A DNA stretch of 59,348 nucleotides, filler included, from Platydemus manokwari (Eukaryota): assembly GCA_037951405.1 (NCBI GenBank). It is 6 parts of 6 records of this genome, joined end to end, with 100 filler letters (N's around TTAATTAATTAA, not from the genome) between each part and the next. Parts side by side here need not be neighbours in the genome. Positions count along the whole stretch, not along the records: positions 49,486 to 59,348 come from JBBMOY011195765.1; 5 more parts are not named here. One strand, written 5' to 3'. The position numbers and the translations under genes are program-made. A model generated the notes under the pieces. That model was given only the letters and a program-made list of their open reading frames with translations. It had not been told where the DNA came from and made no database searches. Below are positions 50,270 through 59,348 of this stretch, piece after piece. Position 1 is the stretch's first letter, and every line of letters begins with the position of its first letter.

Positions 50270-53200
50270 TCAGTGGAGAATAGATGATTCTGAACTGGAT
50301 AAATCTTCACTGTTATGATCAGCATTTATGTCAACAGACTCCACAAATCGATATAGATATTCATCATTATCAATCAAATTATGGGATTTATTCACATGTT
50401 CTATCACTCGACTGATTAATAAAGCTTGACCATATGCGTGTGCTTTTAATCGATTATTCTCCAAGTCGGCGTCGAGAATCCAATCAATTAATTGACGACC
50501 AGTAAATACATTTCTTTGAACTTGGAAATTTTGCCTAAATAACGTTTCATGATGTGTTGTGCGTGTAAATTACATGATATCACAAATCAATAAATACATA
50601 CGAAAGAATTATGTTTATTTCTCCAATAATAGCTAACAAATTTTACAAAAAAGCTCCCACCTACCCACACGTAGAAAAACAAAGAATTGAATATAAAATG
50701 TCTCCAAAATCATTCATAAGTCATTACATTCGATATATCATTTTCATTATAATATTGGCCTCTACAATGCATATTTAATAAAATAATATTCCTTAATAAA
50801 ATGATATTAATATAAATTAAGCGTATCGAATCTATCGATAAGTATCAATAAATATATACAGTGTTCACGTATATTGGTTATACTCATTCATATAATATGA
50901 TTCACCATTTTATTTAAAACACACTTCAATACATGATACGGTCTACTGAGAATACCTACTACTGAGTTACCCTTGCAACGTCCTCGGCATAAAAGTGATT
51001 CGACTTTTGAATCTTCTCCTGGTACATCGTTGTCTTTAAAATGGTCCCAAAGTGTAATAAAGTCAAGGAACTCATTCTACGAAACTATGGTAACCAATTA
51101 AATGCAAATATCGCGGTGAGCTGATTTTTAACCAAAACTAAGGCGAAAAAGAAGAAAAAGAATTTAATATCTATTTCCAACTAAAAATAACGCAGCTCAA
51201 AATTACTTCTCGAAAAGATCTATAATCAATCATTTAATTAAATATTAAACCATGCAGAATTTTATCGGATCAATCTTCAAATCAATTGATTGTCGAACAA
51301 TTAAAGTAGATCCAGCTATAATAGCTATAATCAATATTTTTTCGGTCATTAATTTCCTTTATAAGAAGATTTCAATATATTCGATGAGCTACGGTATTTT
51401 TATTTATATTTAGCTTATCAAATAAATTTATCCTGGCTAATTTGTCTTCCAAACTCTTCGAATTTTCTATAATTAATATAATCATAAAACTTTGTTGACT
51501 TGATAGCTAATAATATTATTTATTTAAATAATTATCCCACGTGAGATCAATAAATAAAATCAATAAATTAATATCTTGATAGATTATCAGGTAAATATTA
51601 AACAAACCTAATATCTCTTGCGATTTCATTGCGACAATTGTTGATATGATTCTTAAGAAACATATTTCTCATCTCGCAAACTTCCGATGATAAATTCTCG
51701 TCCTTTGGAATATCTATCTTTTGGAAGTACTGCCAAATCTGACGAATTCTATAAATCGAAAGCTATTCAGATGATTTATTAAATCGGTAAGAAAATATAA
51801 TTTTTTAAAATGATTTTTTGAGTTTTTCAAAGATAATCTCTTTTAACAAGAAATAAAGATAATCTTAGTCAAAGATAGTTAGTTACAAATTTTTAAGTAG
51901 TGTTTAATAAACAGTGTAGATATCAGCCAATGGTTTATATCTGAAAATCCGTGTTGTCATGTTGTTCTAATTAAAAAATTTAGAAATCGCGGAAACCCTG
52001 GAATGTACTGGCGGAACATTGGTTGAAAACCGCTGGTTTAAATAATCTGGTTAAATATACTTTATATATTTTGAATTTCTGGTTCGATTTGAATGCGTGC
52101 TTTATAAAATAATAATGGCTAACATGACAAATATCATATTTGGATTCTCGAAGATCTATGACATAAAAGTATAAAAGAGAATAAGAATTGTGAGAATTTT
52201 TAAACGAATTTAAAATTGAAAAATTTAATTCAAATTTTATATAAAATTATATTAATTTGTTTATATATAATTGTATTTAAGTATATAATTTAGTGTCGTG
52301 ACTTTTCAGTTTGTTTTCAATTACAAGGTGTATATATAACAATTTTTATAACAAGAAGTATATAAGATAGAAACAAAATAGAAGAAAAAGAGATTTTTAT
52401 TAAGATAATTATATTGAGAATCTTAAACAGACATAATTCAGTATAGATAGATAATCAAAGTTTTTAAATACAGGGAATGTGAAGATTTTTAAATCTTTAT
52501 ATATCTAATTATCTAATTTTATTTGTTTAAATAATCTGTTTAAAGATACTTGCTGTGTTTTGACTTTTCAATTCGTTTTCAATGTGTGTTTTATATAATA
52601 GTAGTTGTTGTCCCATTTTGTCCTATTTATCATGCAGGAATAGATTAGATATTCAGTTAAATTAATTTTAATTAAACTGATTCTTTAAATCTTAATAAAA
52701 TATTGATCATATCGCGTAATAAAATGTCATTATATATACCACATTATAACAAATATTAAAAATAATTATTCAACAAACAACTAAATATAGACCTTCTCTT
52801 AAATGGTAAAACTATTAGCGTCGTATCGAATCCAAAAATGGCCCATAAAATAAATCCTTGGCCAAAGTTGAATACACAATCAAGAAATTCTAGTTCTATA
52901 TAAATTCCAGAAATTTCCTCATTGATCAGCCTCCACAGACAGAGGAAAAATCCCTAATTATTTAATTATTAATAGCATATATGTTTATATAAAATACTCA
53001 CAAAACCCATGCTAACCATTAATATGATTGTTAGAATTATATGTTGATGTATTTGATATTCTTCGTCATAATTCAATGAATCCAAGTTAATCATTTCTTC
53101 CGAATTCGTGTCATTGGCGTCAATTCTGAGAAATTTTATAATTTTATTATTGAAAAGATACGAGTTACTTCTGATTATTGTTAAAGAGTTTATCGGATGT

Positions 53201-55988
53201 ATCATCGTTGTTATTAAACACATCTTTGTAACTGTAGGAATCGTCATCAGTATTTATCAATTTCTAAAATTATAATTTTAATCTATTTAATAATAATATT
53301 TTTAATAAATGTTATTAATAAAATCACTTGTATCATATCTCAATTATGTAGAAATATTAAGAATAACAACGGATTTGATTTTCAATTTCTTTCAATTGAT
53401 ATTATGGCTATATTTCTCTCCATTCATTTTATTTGCTTCTTTCATTTTATTAACATGATTCGATTGTTTAAATAATACAAGCCTTATCAATTACCACGCA
53501 TTATCGAATCATTTAAATTACAACCATTTTAATAACTCTGTTAAATCACCAAACGTAGTAGCACTAATATCAAACTGATTGATTCTAGCTTGAAATTCAA
53601 ATATAATGTCTGAAATCAATTTATTTGCTTATTTATCTCATTATGAACAAAATAGAAATTATTTTCTGTTTATCTGGCTTTTCTTTTCTATTCCTCTCTA
53701 CCAGATATGGTTTTACAAACTGGTGACACATGAAATGACTCTACATATTTTACACGTGTTTATTCATTACCTCACTCTGGTATTCTCCATTCCAACTGGT
53801 CTTTGTAATTAATTTCCTTAAGTTAAGATGCATAGAGTTTGTTAGGTTGGATAGATAATTGCTTAAATAACCATTGTATACTTAAACTATCGAGTTGTGT
53901 TTTATTTTATTTTATTTTATATTTTATAACTTTTATATTGTTATATTTTCTATATTAGTTAGCCGACCAAGTGTAGTGCTCTAAGCTGACTTTGTATTGG
54001 GTTTCCTTTTCTCAATGTATAAAGATAGTATTCAATATAGCACTTATTCTAATATGCTTTTAGAATGAAATTATCTGCTTTAACTCAACCTTTTTATATA
54101 GTGTGAGATTAGTACCATTTTAATCTTGCTCTTCCTTGTCTTTCCTTTTCTTTCATTTTATATTCCACCACGTGATCCGAACATGGAATTTTATTTTTAT
54201 TTTTATATACTTATTTTGCCTTTTTTGGTTCTAGACTTCTTGGTATCTCAGGCTAAGAATGAATACGAAATTCAGTCGGAGACAAGATCGATGGCTGGAA
54301 GTGAAATTTCTTGTCGACAAGCTCTGATGACACTCGCGAGCTGACAGACAATTTGATTATTAAAGGCCTTGTGCCTATGATTGTATAAGAAGGCCAAATC
54401 ATACAACCAAGCAAAAAAGTATCAATTTTGTCATATTAATAAATCTTATATATATGTATGTGTGTGTATAATTCTATTAGTGAAACTTGCAATATTAATA
54501 AAATATTTGATGAATTATGCCATGCCTACCTTATTTGAATCTGGTGATGATACCGGATGATAATATTTCAATCGAACCTGGAGAATTAGGAAGACAAACG
54601 TTGTCAAAATACAAATAGCAAGAACAATAATGGAACCAAATAACTGGAAAAAAATATTTTTTTACATTAATATGAATTGATGGAAGTACTTGAACTCGGC
54701 CAAATTGAAATGATGGGTCGATATCAGATACTTTTTGTTTCTTAGCAAAAACCAGAATTGTAGATGTGATAAACACTGGAACACTGAAACGATGATAATA
54801 ATGATAATATGAATATAATAATCAATGAAACTAAGCCACCAGAAGCCAATTAAGTAGAAGAGATTCATATTTTTCTTTAAAAAATCTAAATTTTCTCTCT
54901 TGATAATTGCCAAAGATAACGCAATCAAGGATGTCCATATTCTTGCACCGGTACATCCAATGAAAAAGATGGCAAATTGAACATAATTGCCCCATCCTGG
55001 AATGGAGTTTTCTTTCTCTAAATGTTTATCGAAGATAACCGCTTAATAACATTGTTAACAAATCTTATCGAAAAACAATACAGAATAAACATATATTTAT
55101 TAAAAAATATTCACTATCAATTAATAAGTTGCGATCTATGTGAGAAGCCGATTCAAGAACATTCGAAATTCAATAACAATTATCATCTCATTTATAATTT
55201 TTTATAAGTACATTAGATTCCTTTTCATGCAGTAAATACGTTTCGCAAGACCAGATATAAAAATAAATTTGGATAATAAAATTAAATATGAGTTCCAAAT
55301 CCGGTAAAAACGTCATTTACAAAAAAATATAGCATTAGAATGATTATAAAGATAAAATTTCAATGACCAAACTAAGAACGTGTTTGAAAGCTGACAAGAA
55401 TTGCATAAATAAGAATTTATTTATCACATAACGCATAAAATTAGTAATCACATTTTAAAAGCGCTATTTCAAAATTACAAACAAAAAACCTAGTAAGAAT
55501 TGTTTCAGACATCATGTGATTTTGTGGCTTTTCTAGTTCTCAGTTTAAAGTGACACCATAGCGAAATTTGTCTTCAATTAAATGATTGGTAAATTGTGAT
55601 ATCTTAGATTCTTCCATATTATTTGCTAGTTTTGTTAAAATAAATTTATATTTAATACGAATTTTCAAATATTCAAAGCAGACTGGTTTTTTGAAATTTT
55701 AATTTTGAACACATAAATCGAATATTATAAACAATAAAATATCAAACACTACAATAATTAGAACGAAAATATTCAAGAAAATTTGATAAATGAAAAATAG
55801 AATGAAAATTAAAAAAGAAAATCTTGTCGACAAATAATGATAATCTTACTTGTTGGATTAGGTAAAAATATTCTTCCAATTACCAATCCAAGGCATAATA
55901 AGAGTACACAAACAGCATAACATATTGTCACTCTATGAACTGGACTGCGTAGTCGACGGGACAATAGAAAAACAATCAAAACCCACAC
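50270..55988 (-). CDS. GPR155: GPR155/LYCHOS ortholog, C-terminal ~436 aa (GPCR-like TM domain + DEP), 9 exons visible
   Basis: Exons 55988-55850, 55017-54840, 54783-54690, 54643-54530, 53263-53169, 53125-53002, 52953-52793, 51748-51608 and 50534-50270 have fully consistent phases. Motifs: IDPSFQFGRVQ, CLWRLINEEISGIYIELEFLDCVFNFGQGFILWAIFGFD, and the DEP domain VFTGRQLIDWI...YGQALLISRVIEHV...YLYRF. Confidence 0.92.
52022..52035 (-). mobile_element. hAT (Charlie-like) terminal repeat in a GPR155 intron
   Basis: GTTGAAAACCGCTG is the reverse complement of CAGCGGTTTTCAAC and is preceded by the GC-richer subterminal CGCGGAAACCCTGG. The partner end was not found. Confidence 0.5.
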
Positions 55989-56313
55989 CTGAAAAATAGA
56001 GATAAATTTATCAATTTTATACAAGGAATAACTGAATGGTTTAATGACCAATAAGACCTTCGATGACAACAATATTTGAATGTCCTTATAAATATTTATA
56101 ACCTGACATGTAGACTATTAAACATTCATCGATGGTGATATTTTTATTTTATTTCGTTGATCATTGCCCTTTGATTATTATAATTTCATACCCATCATCA
56201 GTATGGGATAGGATCTTGAATCCTCTATTATACATATTTAGTACTATAATCAAAAATTATCGGGGATTATGTTATCAAATCAATTTCGTGGCCTTCAGAA
56301 TAATCCTCTAAGA

Positions 56314-56405
56314 CAGGGGTGGCCAACCGGTCGATCTTGAAGCCAATTTTAGTCTATCGCGTGAGATGTTATTCAAATGAAAAGTCGATCTTACGTACAC
56401 CTCTG
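56314..56405. mobile_element. 92-bp hAT-type MITE with a partly deleted right end
   Basis: Left end CAGGGGTGGCCAAC. The right end AAGTCGATCTTACGTACAC-CTCTG equals the reverse complement of 26228-26265 minus 13 nt. No target duplication retained. Confidence 0.65.
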
Positions 56406-57924
56406 ACATATCTTTATGTAGATATTTCTTTATGAAAGTTAAATAGTGCTTAATTCTATCAGTTAGTTCTCTGAACCTTCATACGTTATTCTTATATAGT
56501 AAACTTCTATTACAAATTATCTTATCACATTAATTTTTCAATTTTTTTTAAATATCATTTTTCTATGCACACCACAAATATTATATTTCCCATCATTTAC
56601 AAGTCCTTCGTTCTCTTTCTCTGATTCACTTTTTTATACGTCTTCTTTTTGAATTTTTATATTACCTTGATTTCCTTCATTTTTCATATTCTCTTGATTT
56701 ATTTAGAGAGTTCCTATTTCATTTCTCCATATGAATTCCACCAATTTTGCATCTTTTTTCACTATCTTTTCTGTCACTTCGCTTATTCTTGATATACATT
56801 TCTACAGAAAATTCCTACAATAAAAATACTTTATTTGACAATCACTATTTAATTTAATTCAATAATACATATGTTAATTTTGAGGTTCTATCAACTTTTT
56901 TATAATTCTTATTATTTCTATTATCGTTAACACATATTCAATTCTTGAAGTTTTTGATGGCCCTCAAGTGTTAATAAACCATGAATTGCGATTTTTCGAC
57001 TTCTTTGCATCTAATGCTCATATGAAGACGAGATGAGATGCACTAGACAATGAGTTAATTAAAGATACATAATTTAATTTGACTTAATATTCCAAACACT
57101 TTATTATTATCCTCTTACTCTGTACGTAGGTGAACTCAAGTATTTTCCTTTCTTTCAAAAGTTCTACTGTCTTTTATTAAAATGTAGTGAGATGATACTG
57201 AGGATGACATTGTCAAAGAAAATGGAATGATTTCTCATGGCACTTGCGATCGCATCATCGAAACAGATTCATTTTTTTGCAATATCAATATACATATAAG
57301 ATCAAGTAATTTATTACAAACTTCAAGAAGTTGGTGGTTAATCTGTTCCACAGAGGTGAAAAACAGATTTTCAATGGATGTTTGTTAAACTCAATAAATA
57401 GGAAGAATATGCAATTGTTATAAATGTGGCAATATTTTATTTTGTAAATAATTATCGTACTGTTAGATCTTTCAGTAGAATAGTTGGCAGAAAACTAATT
57501 TTTGAACGGGAACGATCTTATCTTTTCTAATGAATTTCAAAGTATACAGCCTCTACTATTGTTCATTAGCTATCATAGTGCTGTTTCTGATTTCGATTAG
57601 TGCTTAAGATTTTTCTGTTAATAACCATGTGATAATTGTGACCCTAGGGCATTGATGAGTCATTCGTAGAAGTTCTCTACGATATTTTATATAAAGCTAG
57701 CATATTTGTTTTCATGTTCGAATTTATTATGCCAAAGAAAAGTTATATGTAATCAAATTTATTATAGTATAGAGAAATTCTACGCGATTAAAATAAAAAT
57801 CGGAACTTTAATAACGTAATACTGAAAAATAAAATATATTTGCTTAATCAAGATAAAATTTTCAAATCTAGAAGATTATATATAACGTTATTGTTTGAGA
57901 ACAGAAAACTCAATATAAAGTTCG

Positions 57925-58070
57925 GCTTGGGTGATCGAACAAGGTTCACTGACAAAAAAGAAAGTGGGGAACCAGGCATAAATGCTTATTGGATATTAGA
58001 AAACCACAAGGCTAGTACTAGCCGTGGGTCTAAAGTTAATTATTATAACAATTACAAATTTAGTCATTGG
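57925..58070 (+). repeat. Unclassified interspersed repeat, copy 2
   Basis: ACTAGCCGTGGGTCTAAA at 58017-58034 with flanking similarity to 22500-22640. Confidence 0.7.
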
Positions 58071-59348
58071 TTCGATCAAATGAGATAACTGCAAAATTTA
58101 TAAACAAGTGGATAGCCTCGTAGCTTGAAAGATTTTCAATGTAATAATAAATTCGTATTTGAACAATGAAATTTATCATTCAAAAATGTGCTTGTAAAAA
58201 TTGTGCACGAAAATTTGTAAAACAGTTTTATGCGTAGAAAAAATTGTGCACTGAATGACTATTGTTACTTGTGTATATATTGCATGTTGGTATGTTTCAT
58301 ACGTCATGTCACCATTTTAAGTAACATTCTATTTTTAGTAGCATGTGTTATTATTTTTTAACATGTTATCCATAAGTTAATGATATTGACGTCGATTAAT
58401 TTTGATGTAATAAAACAAAATTTAAAATGTTATGGATATGTTATCAAAAATGCCCAGTTCCCTATAGATTAATACGTGATGGGCCTTTATCCGGTAATCG
58501 TCCAATTATAGATTATGCTTAGTAAGCCGAAATTAACTTAAGGATCAATTAAATGTGATAATTTCTGTCATTGAATGACAAAGTGGTATAACTCCGCTAT
58601 GTTTTGTGAAATGAATATGCAATAGTCTTCGATCAAATTTAACGGAAAATACTTTTGTGGTATTTTTCTCCGCTAAAATTAATGTGCCGAATTTATTGTG
58701 CGATTTCTGACTAGAATCAATTTGCTTATATATCAAAGTTGTCTTTGTTAGCTGATGACAAATTCATCGATTTTCTTATCTCTGGTGCTTATCTTGCATT
58801 AATCTCATCAAAGTCTTCCATCGGTAGAGACCAAAAAAATTCAGTCTTTTGATCAGAAGTGCTATGTTTTAAAATATTCGTTACTCCGCATTGATTCGAA
58901 CAAAGCTTATTTAAAATTGAAACTACGCCAGGCTAAAGTGCAATCAAGAAAAGTTTGTCCATATGCCAAGTGTCCCTAAAGTTCAACATTTTTCGAATTT
59001 TTATTATTTATTTTATTGTAATTTTATCATTGATATGTATTTCCAGTGTTTTTCTTCAAATTCGTTATTTTCGCTAACTACTTTAATAAATGCAGACTAG
59101 TTTTGATCAAATTATATATAATTAAGAATATGGATTGTTAGAAATTGTTATATTCTTTATGAAAGGATCTTCAATTAGCATATTTCTATATCGTAATTTT
59201 AAAAAATAAAATCAAATTTAGACATACTTTTATTAATTGAAACTAATACTCCCATAGCAAAAATGTCTCTGAATAAGTGTTGATAGTAAATTAATTGGTT
59301 TTAAGATTATATATCAAATACCAATTTCAGTTCTAATTTATTTACTTC

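Noticed and set aside
54295-54345. Hammerhead-like GAAA...CTGATGA core
   Set aside because: Only 17 nt separate the core motifs and stem II cannot form correctly. Candidates near 33215 and 57196 also lack proper stems.

Overview
AT-rich (roughly 25% GC by eye) metazoan genomic DNA. It consists of six ~9-11 kb contigs joined by an artificial 100-nt spacer (44 N + TTAATTAATTAA + 44 N), so adjacency across gaps is not reliable. Spliced genes reconstructed by hand: complete EEF1AKMT1 (minus) head-to-head with a near-complete RPUSD4 (plus); the first three exons of a GRK4/5/6 kinase; the last exon of a discoidin domain receptor kinase; the C-terminal ~380 aa of FANCD2, which lies antisense inside that DDR gene's last intron; and the C-terminal ~436 aa of GPR155/LYCHOS. 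There is also an intronless TATA-driven secreted helical protein gene whose frame stays open 30 codons past its TAA, and two spliceable exons of an unrecognised gene. The rest is decayed transposon sequence: a Ty3/gypsy 5' half, a cecropia-type mariner end, a Tc1/mariner transposase fossil, hAT and piggyBac MITEs and microsatellites. Introns are bimodal (32-56 nt or long). A free-living flatworm is a plausible host, but this is inference only. I found no prokaryotic-type system, rRNA, tRNA or CRISPR. Family assignments come from remembered motifs, not database searches.
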